A DNA stretch of 64,000 nucleotides, from contig JAUSED010000012.1 in assembly GCA_030650425.1 (NCBI GenBank), forward strand, positions 64,905-128,904, in the 5' to 3' direction. A program made the translations under genes and the position numbers. The DNA comes from Candidatus Omnitrophota bacterium (GTDB taxonomy: Bacteria > Omnitrophota > Gorgyraeia > Gygaellales > Profunditerraquicolaceae). A model generated the notes under the pieces. That model saw nothing but the letters and a program-made list of their open reading frames with translations, was not told the origin of the DNA and ran no database searches. Of the stretch, positions 39,580 through 49,772 are shown in pieces; positions within the stretch are counted from its first letter, which is position 1, and each line of letters starts with the position of its first letter.

Positions 39580-40155
39580 ATGAAAATTAGAGAAAGCGGG
39601 ATGCCTGAGCGCGATATGTGGGAAAAGTTCTTTAACCCCGCAAAAATTCTGGCTACGCTTGGCTTAAATAGTCAAACAGGTGATGTAGCGGAGTTCGGTT
39701 GCGGCTACGGTACATTTACGATTCCAGCCGCAAAAGTTATTAAAGGGAAAGTTTATGCGCTGGATATCGAGCCGGAGATGATCCGCATTACTGATGAAGA
39801 AGTTAAAAAGCACGGTTTGAGTAATGTGCAAACTGTGGAACGTGATTTTATAACGGAAGGTTCTGGCCTGCCCGATAGAAGTGTGGACTATGTAATGCTT
39901 TTTAATATCCTTCATCTTGAAAAGCCTATGATGCTGATTAACGAGGCAAGACGAATCCTGAAGGATGGAGGCAGGCTGGGAATCATCCATTGGAATTACG
40001 ATCCTAAGACACCTCGCGGCCCTTCAATGGATATCCGGCCAAAGCCGGAGCAATGTATTAAGTGGGCCGAGAGCGCAGGATTTAGCAATGCGATTCAATA
40101 TGATTTGAAGCCGTATCATTACGGGATTCTTCTTAAACTCTCCAGAGATAGTTGA
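39580..40155 (+). CDS. Class I SAM-dependent methyltransferase
   Basis: EFGCGYG, ALDIE, RILKDGG. Confidence 0.88.
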   Translation: MKIRESGMPERDMWEKFFNPAKILATLGLNSQTGDVAEFGCGYGTFTIPAAKVIKGKVYALDIEPEMIRITDEEVKKHGLSNVQTVERDFITEGSGLPDRSVDYVMLFNILHLEKPMMLINEARRILKDGGRLGIIHWNYDPKTPRGPSMDIRPKPEQCIKWAESAGFSNAIQYDLKPYHYGILLKLSRDS

Positions 40156-40232
40156 AAAAATCTCCCCCCAAATAAGGGGAAGGGGAAGAACTAATTGACA
40201 ATTGTTCATTTTTTCTTTAAAATAATCCTATT

Positions 40233-40460
40233 ATGAACAAAGCGAAATTATTAAAAGTCGTAAATCCCATTTTATTTGTTGTGTTTGTCATTCAAGCGGC
40301 AATGGGCCTAGTGATGTTTTTTAACCTAAATTTTATCAGTCTCCGCCTTGCCTTCCTAATCCACAAATATAATGGCGTGCCTTTGATTATATTGTGGTTA
40401 ACCCATATTACCCTTAATTGGAGTTGGGTAAAAACGTCCTATTTCAGTAAAAAATCTTAG
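40233..40460 (+). CDS. Small 2-TM His-containing membrane protein (DUF4405-like)
   Basis: IHKYNG..HITLNWSW; own promoter. Confidence 0.65.
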   Translation: MNKAKLLKVVNPILFVVFVIQAAMGLVMFFNLNFISLRLAFLIHKYNGVPLIILWLTHITLNWSWVKTSYFSKKS

Positions 40461-40520
40461 AGGTCTATCTCTCTGCCGGGGAAGCAGGGATATAGCCGCT
40501 GGTCACATTTTCATTAAATT

Positions 40521-40898
40521 ATGAGCGTTGCGAAGGCGAAAGCATATTATACGGATAGAAGCGGCCCTAAAAAACTGAATTGCGCCCAGTCGGTAATCGC
40601 GGCGTTTAGGGAAGAGTTTGGCTTAGATGAGAATACCGTTTGTCTCTTCGCATCTTTTGGCAGCGGCAGGGCTCCGGAAGGAGAGTGCGGGGCTTTCTAC
40701 GCCGCAAAATTTATTTTGCAGGTGAATCATCAGGATAAATTAGATGAATGCCAAAATATATTCATCTCTAAGGCAGGGTCTCTTAAGTGTAAAGAAATCA
40801 GGAAGATTAATAAACTTCCGTGCCTTGGTTGCGTGGAAACGATAGCGGGATTTCTCGATAGGGTTAAGATTAAGTTACCTTATAGTCGAGTACTATAA
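40521..40898 (+). CDS. C_GCAxxG_C_C family redox protein
   Basis: NCAQSV, ECGA, GSLKCKEI, CLGCV. Confidence 0.8.
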   Translation: MSVAKAKAYYTDRSGPKKLNCAQSVIAAFREEFGLDENTVCLFASFGSGRAPEGECGAFYAAKFILQVNHQDKLDECQNIFISKAGSLKCKEIRKINKLPCLGCVETIAGFLDRVKIKLPYSRVL

Positions 40899-40961
40899 CA
40901 GGCCGTAAAATCATCTCATCCCTTCCGGATACAAAAAATCAAGGGTTATAGAAAACTAAGA

Positions 40962-41984
40962 ATGAAGACAAAAATAATCTGTACGATAGGGCCGGCGAGC
41001 AGTAATTATTCTACTTTAAGGAGAATGATGCTTGCGGGCATGGATGTTGTCCGGCTTAATTTTTCTCACGGGAATTATGCCAGGCATGAGGAAATTATTC
41101 ACTTAGTCAGGTCCTTGAATAAAAAATATTCAAGGCACCTAATGATATTAAGTGACTTAGAAGGCTATAGGATAAGAATAGGAAAACTTAAACAGGAAAT
41201 CCCTCTGGAAAAAAGGCAAATACTTATTTTGAGTAATGAGGCAGCTATCTGTGATAAAAACTCGATACCTTTTGATTACTCAGGGCCTCTAAGTGATCTA
41301 AAAAATAGTTCGTTTATCTACATTGATGACGGAAATATCGCGCTTAAAGTTAAATCAAGGGATAAACACCGACTTCAGACGGAAGTTATTGTTCCGGGGC
41401 TCTTAAAGGAACATAAGGGAATCAATATCCCCGGTATTAAGCTTAGGTTTAGCGGTTTGACAGAGAAGGATAAAAAAGATATAGAGTTCAGCGTAAAAAA
41501 TAGAGTGGATTATCTCGCCCAGTCATTTGTAAGGAGTAAAAAAGATATCTTGGCCTTTAGGGATTCCGTTAAAAGCAGGCACCCTGATTGTAAGATAATT
41601 GCTAAAATTGAAAATAGGGAAGGCATCAGGAATATCGATGAAATCATAGCGATTTCTGACGGGATTATGGTAGCGCGCGGGGATATGGGAGTTTCCTTGC
41701 CTATTTATGAAATAGCCGTGATTCAGAAGATGCTTATTAAGAAATGCAACCGCGTGAAGAAAACCGTGATTACCGCGACTCAAATGCTTGAGAGTATGAC
41801 TGAGAATTTAAGGCCGACGCGCGCAGAAGTGACTGACGTCGCCAACGCCCTTCTTGATGGATCTAATTACCTTATGCTTTCCGCAGAAACTGCAGTAGGA
41901 AAATACCCTGTTGAATCGGTGAAGATGATGAATCAGATCATTAAATTCACTGAAACCCATCTTAAAGATATAGAGGAGGCGTAA
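40962..41984 (+). CDS. pyk: Pyruvate kinase lacking the C-terminal regulatory domain
   Basis: [39 protein letters not shown]. Confidence 0.92.
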   Translation: MKTKIICTIGPASSNYSTLRRMMLAGMDVVRLNFSHGNYARHEEIIHLVRSLNKKYSRHLMILSDLEGYRIRIGKLKQEIPLEKRQILILSNEAAICDKNSIPFDYSGPLSDLKNSSFIYIDDGNIALKVKSRDKHRLQTEVIVPGLLKEHKGINIPGIKLRFSGLTEKDKKDIEFSVKNRVDYLAQSFVRSKKDILAFRDSVKSRHPDCKIIAKIENREGIRNIDEIIAISDGIMVARGDMGVSLPIYEIAVIQKMLIKKCNRVKKTVITATQMLESMTENLRPTRAEVTDVANALLDGSNYLMLSAETAVGKYPVESVKMMNQIIKFTETHLKDIEEA

Positions 41985-42617
41985 ATGGGATTAATCTCGC
42001 TTTTATTCAGCAATCCGGTACTTTTTATTATTCTAGCCGTTGTGCTTCTTTACTCTATTATTTTGCATGAGGTTGCCCACGGCTGGGTAGCGCATCTTTT
42101 TGGCGATGATACAGCCCTGCATTACGGGAGATTGACGCTTAACCCCGCGCCGCATCTTGACCCGATAGGCGCGCTGATGCTCTTTCTGGTAGGATTTGGC
42201 TGGGCAAGGCCGGTTCCGGTAAATTACTCCAGCTTTAGCAATACCCGTTTCGGATTATTTTGTGTTGCCTTGGCAGGATGCCTGACGAATATAGTTATAG
42301 CAGTAACGGCGTTAATCTTACTGCAGTTTAGTCTTTTTAATAGTAACTCAGTGCTTTCCGCCACACTGCCTATTGTCATAAAAATCAATATCATTCTGGG
42401 CGCTTTTAATCTAATTCCCATTCCTCCGCTTGACGGCTCAAAAATCCTGATGAGTTTTCTTCCTTACAGAGCGCAAGAGGGCTTGTCAAGATTAGAACCT
42501 TATGGATTCTTTATATTAGTTCTTTTGCTATTTACCGGATTATTAAACCCCGCGATAACTTTTATGGAAAATCTCATCTATGGGGGAATAGGTTTTTTGT
42601 TTAGTTTTTTCAGATGA
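41985..42617 (+). CDS. Site-2 protease (M50)
   Basis: HEVAH, NLIPIPPLDG. Confidence 0.93.
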   Translation: MGLISLLFSNPVLFIILAVVLLYSIILHEVAHGWVAHLFGDDTALHYGRLTLNPAPHLDPIGALMLFLVGFGWARPVPVNYSSFSNTRFGLFCVALAGCLTNIVIAVTALILLQFSLFNSNSVLSATLPIVIKINIILGAFNLIPIPPLDGSKILMSFLPYRAQEGLSRLEPYGFFILVLLLFTGLLNPAITFMENLIYGGIGFLFSFFR

Positions 42618-42640
42618 ACAATAAATTAAGGAGGGATTAA

Positions 42641-43594
42641 ATGCGGAAAAAAATCAGGATTATTATTCTGGCAGTTATTTTTCTCCTCGGATTTTGTTTA
42701 GCGAGAGATTTTTTGATCAAGTCGTTAATCGGCACCGTAGCAACCAGCGTTACCGGCGCGCCCACCAGCGTAGGCGGCCTTTCGCTGAGTATAATGAGGC
42801 AATCGGTAAGGATATCCAACTTTAAGATCTATAACCCTAAGGGGTTTCCCAAAGATATTCTTGTTAATATTCCTCGGATGCGTGTTGCCTGTGATTTGGG
42901 AGCGCTGATCACCGGTAAAATCCATCTTAAGCAGTTAGACTTAGAAATTAAAGAGATAGGTATGGTCAAGAATAAAGAGGGTAAGTTCAACGTTGATTCT
43001 TTAAAAATAGCGGCGGAAAAATCCGGAGGCAAAGAGAAGAAGCCTGCTAAAAAGCTAGCTATGCAAATAGATGCTCTAAGTTTAGGGATGGGCAGGGTAG
43101 TAGAGAGGGATTACAGCGGCCAAGGCCAGCCTGTTGTTAAAGTCTATGATATAAATTTGAAGAAGAGCTATAAGAATATCACTAGCGCGCAGCAACTCGC
43201 TGCTTTAATTATATCTGAGCCATTGAAGGCGGCGGGGATCCAGGGGTTGAAAGTGTATGGGGTTTCTATGCTTGCCGGTGTAGCGGCTTTACCGGTTACG
43301 GCTGCCTTTACCTTTACCGGTAAAGATTACGCTCAGGAAACCTTCAATGTTACAGAGGAAAGAGTTTATGAAGCCGGTTTACAGGCGATCAAACTGGCAG
43401 GCAGAGTTATGCTGGAAAATAAAGGGAACGGGTTTATTAGAGCGGAGGTTAACGGAGCGCGGGTAAACTTTAAACTAAGAAAGCTTTCTGCAAAGTCTAT
43501 TCAGGTTACTATCTCCGCGCGCAAATTCGGCCTTCCTCAACCCGAGATAGCCTCTGGAATTATGTATCGCTTGAGCGAACAGCTAAAACATTAA
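42641..43594 (+). CDS. AsmA-like N-terminus plus DUF3568-like C-terminus
   Basis: TM, KIYNPKGF; C-terminal alpha/beta domain ending ISARKFGLPQPEIA. Confidence 0.55.
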   Translation: MRKKIRIIILAVIFLLGFCLARDFLIKSLIGTVATSVTGAPTSVGGLSLSIMRQSVRISNFKIYNPKGFPKDILVNIPRMRVACDLGALITGKIHLKQLDLEIKEIGMVKNKEGKFNVDSLKIAAEKSGGKEKKPAKKLAMQIDALSLGMGRVVERDYSGQGQPVVKVYDINLKKSYKNITSAQQLAALIISEPLKAAGIQGLKVYGVSMLAGVAALPVTAAFTFTGKDYAQETFNVTEERVYEAGLQAIKLAGRVMLENKGNGFIRAEVNGARVNFKLRKLSAKSIQVTISARKFGLPQPEIASGIMYRLSEQLKH

Positions 43595-43651
43595 AACGAT
43601 TAAGACTTAAAGAGATCTTTTGGGGCGAGGAAGCATTAAGTAACCAAATTT

Positions 43652-45586
43652 ATGCTAAAAATCATCTGCTTCATTGCTGCGTTACTATTTAGTTCTCTAG
43701 CCACCACAGTTGTTTATCATAAAACTCAACAATCCGATATCTATTATTTTCAGGGTCACAGGTTTTTCAATGCCGGAAACTTTGATCAAGCCATAATTTT
43801 CTCTAAAAAAAGCCTGGCCATCAGGCCCCGTCGTTTGGACGCCTTAAAAGACGCGGCCTATTCCTGCCAGTGGACAGGAAGGCATAAGGAAGCGATAGAA
43901 TATTTCCGTACAATCCTTTCCATCAATCCAAAAGATATCCAAGTAAAAGAATCACTCGCCCTTACGCTTGCCTGGGAAAAACAATACGTCGAAGCTATAA
44001 ATATCTACCGGGACATAATCAAAACAACGGGGAATTATGGATTAAGAACGCGCCTTGCGGAGGTATTAATCTGGAATAAAGAGTTTGACAAGGCAGAGGT
44101 TTTATTGCGGGATATCCTTTGGAATAAGCCTCGCGACCTAGAGAGTATGATTAACCTCGCGGATATATTAAGCTGGCAGGGTAAATACGCCCAGGCAATA
44201 AAAAAATATACAAGGGCGCTGGTACTTTGTTCGGATAACCCGGATACCCAGATTTATTTGGAGGTAAAAAGGAAATTGGCTGATGTTTTATCGTGGGATA
44301 AGCAATATAAAAGAGCAATAGCTATCTACGATGAATTGATCAGAACAAAAGAAGATAAACAAGCGTGGCTGCAGAAAGCCCGTGTTCTGGGTTGGCAAAG
44401 GAGATATGTTGAGGCGGCTAACGCATATCAGGAGCTACTCGAGAAAACGGGCGATCCCCTGGTTGCGCTGGAGATGAAAGCAAAACAAGCGTATTGGGAT
44501 AGCCGAGTCAAGGGGGCGATAGATGATTACGCGAAACTGATTTCCTTGGATCCTAAAAATGAAGAAGCGATGTTTGATTTATCCCAAATTTATTCCTATC
44601 AATCGAAGTGGAAAGAGGCGATTGGAGAATATGGTAGGATACTTAATTTGACCCCGACCCATTTTAGGGCAAAAGAAGGCCTTAAAAAGGCCGGGCTTAT
44701 TTCTTCTCATCAATCACTTAAATCAGGATATGAATTCTATGAAGCGGATAGCTCTGCGAGAATGGACGATCTTAAAAGGCATTCATTCTTTAATAAATTT
44801 GTTTATCCGCTAGATCACCATCTTACATTTAATTTAGATTATAGATTAACTAACCGCCTGTTTAGCGATTTCGCCGATGTCTTGGAAAACGAAGGAAGGC
44901 TTAAGCTGGTGTATCTAAATAATCCCGATTGGCGGGCCGACGCATTTTACGATCTTGTTCTTTATAATAAGGATATCGATGCGATGCATACTTTTGGGAC
45001 AAGTTATAGTTTCAGATTTTTTGACAGGAATACCGCTAACTTTTCTTATGAGAGGAAGCGTCTTGAGAATAATAGCACGGTGATCAGAGAGCATTTTTAC
45101 GGCGATAACTTTAAGGGGCGTTTTGATATCGACATAAATAAAAGAATGAAATTGGGGGCGGATTATTTATTTACAAATTACTCCGACGGCAACAATAATC
45201 AAGAACCCGGGATAGACCTGCTTTATCATATCTTCCTTGAGCCTAAATCTCTGGCTTTAAGATACAGATATTTCTATCAGAATTTTTTGCATAAGGTAAG
45301 CGAATATTTTTCGCCCAAAGGTTTTTCCACAAATGCCTTAAAAATTGCCTGGCGCCATTTCCTGAATAAAGAAGAGATATTCTTTGGCGGCAATGACTTA
45401 TATTACGATTTAGCATATGAAGTTAGCGCCGATTCCACAGGCTTAGTCTTTCATAATTTTAGCGCCGAATTCAACTGGGATATTAATAAGAGGCTGAATC
45501 TGAATATTAAAGGTTCGGATACTCAATCAAGCGCAAACGTTTATAGAGACAGAAATATTATGGCTTCATTGAATTATTATTTTTAA
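43652..45586 (+). CDS. TPR + outer-membrane beta-barrel export protein (PgaA/BcsC-like)
   Basis: Signal peptide, repeated LA.VLSW..Y TPRs, amphipathic strands, terminal LNYYF. Confidence 0.78.
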   Translation: MLKIICFIAALLFSSLATTVVYHKTQQSDIYYFQGHRFFNAGNFDQAIIFSKKSLAIRPRRLDALKDAAYSCQWTGRHKEAIEYFRTILSINPKDIQVKESLALTLAWEKQYVEAINIYRDIIKTTGNYGLRTRLAEVLIWNKEFDKAEVLLRDILWNKPRDLESMINLADILSWQGKYAQAIKKYTRALVLCSDNPDTQIYLEVKRKLADVLSWDKQYKRAIAIYDELIRTKEDKQAWLQKARVLGWQRRYVEAANAYQELLEKTGDPLVALEMKAKQAYWDSRVKGAIDDYAKLISLDPKNEEAMFDLSQIYSYQSKWKEAIGEYGRILNLTPTHFRAKEGLKKAGLISSHQSLKSGYEFYEADSSARMDDLKRHSFFNKFVYPLDHHLTFNLDYRLTNRLFSDFADVLENEGRLKLVYLNNPDWRADAFYDLVLYNKDIDAMHTFGTSYSFRFFDRNTANFSYERKRLENNSTVIREHFYGDNFKGRFDIDINKRMKLGADYLFTNYSDGNNNQEPGIDLLYHIFLEPKSLALRYRYFYQNFLHKVSEYFSPKGFSTNALKIAWRHFLNKEEIFFGGNDLYYDLAYEVSADSTGLVFHNFSAEFNWDINKRLNLNIKGSDTQSSANVYRDRNIMASLNYYF

Positions 45587-45589
45587 AAG

Positions 45590-47104
45590 ATGAGCTTAAG
45601 AAAAATAGCTAAATATGAAACCCTGGCGTTGTTTGCGATAGTCTCTATTATTGTTTATATCATTGTTAGGGGGACACTGCTCTTTTTTGCCGAATACAAC
45701 TCAATAGAAAAAGTCATGGCGATTATCTTGATCTGCGGTGAGCTTTTTGTAATAATCCATGGGCTGGGTTATACTTTAAATATTTTAAGAATATTAAAAA
45801 ATCCATCAAACCCGGAAACGCAAACGAGTCTCCTGAAAGAGGAGCCAACTGTGGCTGTACTGGTTGCCGCGAGGAATGAGCCAAGAGAGGTTTTAGAAGA
45901 GACGTTTATTACGCTGAATAATTTGAATTATAGGAATAAAATCATCTATTTCCTGGATGATAGTTCGGATGAAAAGTTTAGGCAAGAGGCGGATAGGCTA
46001 AGCAGGGAGTACAATCTTACTATTTTTAGGCGAAGCCAAAGGCGCGGGGCAAAGGCGGGTATTATCAATGATTGCCTGAAGACCTTGACTCAGGAATATG
46101 TGGCTGTTTTTGATGCTGACCAAAACCCGATCCCGGAGTTTTTAAATGCGGTTATGCCTCTCTTAGAAAATAATAAAAATCTGGGTTTTGTGCAGACCCC
46201 GCAATTCTATACAAATATAGAGAAGGGCAGGGTGGCCAGAGCGGCCGCGCTTCAGCAGGCGGTGTTTTATGAATATATATGCGAAGGCAAGAGCGAAGGC
46301 GGATCAATGTTTTGTTGCGGGACCAATGTCATCTTCCGGCGCAAGGCGCTTTTGGATGTTGGCGGTTTGGATGAATCTACCGTTACCGAAGACTTCGCGA
46401 CTTCCGTTAAGCTGCATGCAAAAGGCTGGAAATCGCTTTATTTTAATCACGTGTACGCCTTTGGTATGGGGCCGGAGGACCTCGCAAGCTATTTTAAACA
46501 ACAGTTCAGATGGGCGGTAGGGACGATTTCGGTTTTTAAGCAGGTGATTTGGAAATTTCTGACCAAGCCAAATTCATTGAAGCCTTTACAATGGTGGGAG
46601 TATTTCTTATCCAGTTCTTATTATCTAGTAGGTATTGCCTACTTGATTATGATTATCTGCCCGGTGATTTATTTATTATTCAGGATACCCTCTTTTTTTG
46701 CCAGTCCTGAAATATATTTTCTGGCCTTTCTGCCCTACATAATCTTTTCGACGGGTGTTTTTTATGTTGTGCTTAGAGGTAGGCAATATAAAATGAAAGA
46801 TTTATTTCTCGGCCAGTTATTAGGCGAGATTACCATTCCGGTTTATATACAGGCAGCGATTTCGGCTATACTGGGCAGCAAAATTACCTTCGGGGTCACC
46901 GGAAAAAACAATGCCAAAGCGATATCTTGCCTAAGGCTATGGCCGCAATTTACCCTGGTCTTTTTGTGTTTTATCGCGGTTATCTGGGGATTAAACAGGT
47001 TTATTTATGAAAGAGAGGCCGCAATCTTGGTAAATAGCTTCTGGACAATGTATCATTGTATTATCCTCTCTAGCGTATTTTATTTTAATCAGGAGGCCGG
47101 ATGA
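45590..47104 (+). CDS. Processive GT2 beta-glycan synthase (BcsA-like, no PilZ)
   Basis: DDS, KAG, DAD, QTPQ, FCCGT, TED, QQFRW. Confidence 0.9.
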   Translation: MSLRKIAKYETLALFAIVSIIVYIIVRGTLLFFAEYNSIEKVMAIILICGELFVIIHGLGYTLNILRILKNPSNPETQTSLLKEEPTVAVLVAARNEPREVLEETFITLNNLNYRNKIIYFLDDSSDEKFRQEADRLSREYNLTIFRRSQRRGAKAGIINDCLKTLTQEYVAVFDADQNPIPEFLNAVMPLLENNKNLGFVQTPQFYTNIEKGRVARAAALQQAVFYEYICEGKSEGGSMFCCGTNVIFRRKALLDVGGLDESTVTEDFATSVKLHAKGWKSLYFNHVYAFGMGPEDLASYFKQQFRWAVGTISVFKQVIWKFLTKPNSLKPLQWWEYFLSSSYYLVGIAYLIMIICPVIYLLFRIPSFFASPEIYFLAFLPYIIFSTGVFYVVLRGRQYKMKDLFLGQLLGEITIPVYIQAAISAILGSKITFGVTGKNNAKAISCLRLWPQFTLVFLCFIAVIWGLNRFIYEREAAILVNSFWTMYHCIILSSVFYFNQEAG

Positions 47105-48051
47105 AATATTGTTTACGCATAGCCGTATTTATTTTATTTCTAATAACAATATTTCCCTATCATGCGCGCGCCGAAGTAAATAAATCCTCTTGTTTTACCG
47201 GAGCTTTTTTAAGCGATAATCCCTCCAGTGAAGATATTCGTTATTTTAAGCATAGTTATGGGAAGAATCCATTTCTGGTGATGATCTTTATTGATTGGAA
47301 TAAGCCATTGCTTGCTAAAATAGTTCAGGACGTCTATGGAGAAAACTGCGTTTTGTTCATCACTTGGGAGCCGTGGGATGCCCTTAAGCAGACGGGTATC
47401 GATTATAACGCTTTAATTAACGGTAAATACGATAAATATATTACTGATTTCGCTTTGAGCCTAAAGAAAATTGATGAAGTTGTTTTTTTAAGATTTGCCC
47501 ATGAGGCAAACGGAGACTGGTATCCTTGGTCCGCAAAGAAGATAGGCAAAGAGAGCTACATTCAACTTTATAGGCATGTAAAGGATATTTTTGATCAGCA
47601 TAATCTAAATAAGGTGAAATGGATTTTTTCGGTAAATTGGGAGGATGTGCCTAAAGAGCAGAATGATTTTATGCTGTATTATCCCGGAGATAAATATGTG
47701 GATTATGCGGCTATTGATGGCTATAATTGGGGTAGAACTAAGCCGTGGAGTAAATGGATGAGTTTCCGGGAAATCTTCGTAAATAGATACAATGAAATTA
47801 CCAAGCATACGAATAAACCCGTGTTGATTTCAGAGTTCAGCTCAACAGCCAGCGGAGGGGATAAGGCTGTCTGGATAAGAGAGGCAATGCAAACGATTAA
47901 GGAGATGCCGGCGTTACGTGGATTTATCATTTTTAATCTGGAAAAGGAAAGAGATTGGAGTTTCCCTCCGGAAAGCAGTTACGGGAAAGAACTTAAGACA
48001 CAATTACGGGATGCATATTTTGTAGATAAGAAGGCGGGCTTATATGATTAA
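47101..48051 (+). CDS. GH26 glycoside hydrolase
   Basis: RFAHEANGDWYPW, YYPGD, DGYN, ISEF. Confidence 0.9.
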   Translation: MKYCLRIAVFILFLITIFPYHARAEVNKSSCFTGAFLSDNPSSEDIRYFKHSYGKNPFLVMIFIDWNKPLLAKIVQDVYGENCVLFITWEPWDALKQTGIDYNALINGKYDKYITDFALSLKKIDEVVFLRFAHEANGDWYPWSAKKIGKESYIQLYRHVKDIFDQHNLNKVKWIFSVNWEDVPKEQNDFMLYYPGDKYVDYAAIDGYNWGRTKPWSKWMSFREIFVNRYNEITKHTNKPVLISEFSSTASGGDKAVWIREAMQTIKEMPALRGFIIFNLEKERDWSFPPESSYGKELKTQLRDAYFVDKKAGLYD

Positions 48052-48283
48052 GAAAGATGAATTGATTACTCTTTTAAGAAAAGGCTTGGATATGGAAGAG
48101 AAGGGTATTCCTATCTATGCGAGGCATATAGATAAGATTATCTTTCTTTCGGGGTTAAGCCAAGAAGATCAGGAAAAGATTAAAAGCACTTTGATGACTT
48201 TAAAGCAAGATTCAGAGGGCCATAAGATTATATTCCAAGAGTTGATTAATAAGATAACGGAGTCAACCCGCAATGTTTTCTAA
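48044..48283 (+). CDS. Half ferritin-like (two-helix) protein
   Basis: GLDMEEKG..Y ... DSEGH. Confidence 0.65.
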   Translation: MIKKDELITLLRKGLDMEEKGIPIYARHIDKIIFLSGLSQEDQEKIKSTLMTLKQDSEGHKIIFQELINKITESTRNVF

Positions 48284-48764
48284 AGATGATTATAAGGAAT
48301 ATTTTCAACAAATTGCCGGAGTAGAAAGGTTGATGATCTATAATGTGCAGGACCTGCTTATTTTGCTGGATGATCAAGAGTTAAAATATACATTGAGAAA
48401 TGTCGCTAGCGATGAATCAAGGCACTACGGTTATATCAAGGAGATTTTTGACTCCATTTTATTCCAGGATGAAGCTGAAAAGCGTAGATTTATCCGGATT
48501 CATTCTTTAGGGAGAGTGAAAATAAAAATAAAGGGTAAAGACGGTTTCATTGAGGCATATTGCGTGAATATCTCTCCGGGGGGAATTTGTATCGAGTCTA
48601 ACCAGAAAATTAATCCCCAAGATACCCTTGAATTATGGGTTGACTTTTTTAATGGCCGGGAGCCGGGGCACCATTTTGGCACCCTTCTTTGGCGGGCCGA
48701 GATAGGCGCTGATTTACAAATAGAGAGCATTCGTTATCAAGCAGGGGTACGTTTTAACGCGTAA
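48273..48764 (+). CDS. Half ferritin-like domain fused to PilZ
   Basis: VERLM..DESRH; RRFIR and NISPGG; terminal GVRF. Confidence 0.8.
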   Translation: MFSKDDYKEYFQQIAGVERLMIYNVQDLLILLDDQELKYTLRNVASDESRHYGYIKEIFDSILFQDEAEKRRFIRIHSLGRVKIKIKGKDGFIEAYCVNISPGGICIESNQKINPQDTLELWVDFFNGREPGHHFGTLLWRAEIGADLQIESIRYQAGVRFNA

Positions 48765-48826
48765 TAACTATTTAGATTAATTCCTTCCTATATTTTTCAA
48801 CGCAAGCCTCATTTTTTTCTTGTAAT

Positions 48827-48856
48827 TGTCAACCAAATAGATTAAGATAATTGACA
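48827..48856. promoter_or_regulatory. BirA-type biotin operator
   Basis: TGTCAAC-N16-ATTGACA directly before bioB, overlapping TTGTAA-17-TAAGAT. Confidence 0.8.
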
Positions 48857-48857
48857 A

Positions 48858-49772
48858 ATGGAAAAGGATATACTTCGATTACTGGAATTACCGTTTCCCG
48901 AGTTGATTTCTTTGGCGAACAGCACAAGAAATGAACATGCTGGTAAGCATATCGATCTCTGCAGCATTATGAATGCTAAATCCGGGATGTGCGCTCAAGA
49001 CTGTAAATTCTGCGCGCAATCCGCCAGGCACTCTACGGGAATAAACACCTATTCTCTTAAGAAAAGAGAAGAGATGCTTGAGCTTGCCCAAAAAGCTAAA
49101 GCTATAGGCGCGGACAGGTTTGATATTGTTACCAGCGGGAATAGCTTGTCTGCGGATGAGTTTGCGCTAATATGTGAAGCGATTCGAGAAATTAAGCATA
49201 AAATTGGCATCAAGCTATGCGCCTCCTTGGGTAAGCTTAGCGAAAAACAACTGAGCCAATTAAAAGAGTCTGGTTTAACCCGTTATCACCATAATTTAGA
49301 AACCTCACGGCGTTATTTCCCGCAGATCGTCAGTACACATTCTTTTGATGATCGCGTTGAAACCATTAAAGCGGTAAAAAAAGTTGGGTTGGAGGCTTGT
49401 TCCGGAGGGATTATTGGAATGGGTGAAAGTATGGAAGACAGAATTTCATTGGCGCTTACTTTAGAGGAATTGGGCGTTGACTCCGTGCCGATTAATATTT
49501 TAGTACCTATCAAGGGGACTCCTCTAGGGGAGAGGCCGCTTCTTTCTTGTACGGAGGCTATTCGTACCGTCGCTATCTTCAGGATTATTTTAAAGGAGAA
49601 GACGATTAAGGTTGCCGCAGGGAGAGAGTCAGTGCTTAAGGATTTTCAGGCGATGGCTTTTATGGCCGGGGCCAATGGTATGCTCATCGGCGGGTATCTT
49701 ACGATCAAAGGCCGGAGCGTGGATGAGGATTGGAAATTGGTTGAGGAGGTAAAAAAGCTGTGGCAGGATTAG
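48858..49772 (+). CDS. bioB: Biotin synthase
   Basis: CAQDCKFCAQS, YHHNLET, CSGGIIGMGE. Confidence 0.96.
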   Translation: MEKDILRLLELPFPELISLANSTRNEHAGKHIDLCSIMNAKSGMCAQDCKFCAQSARHSTGINTYSLKKREEMLELAQKAKAIGADRFDIVTSGNSLSADEFALICEAIREIKHKIGIKLCASLGKLSEKQLSQLKESGLTRYHHNLETSRRYFPQIVSTHSFDDRVETIKAVKKVGLEACSGGIIGMGESMEDRISLALTLEELGVDSVPINILVPIKGTPLGERPLLSCTEAIRTVAIFRIILKEKTIKVAAGRESVLKDFQAMAFMAGANGMLIGGYLTIKGRSVDEDWKLVEEVKKLWQD

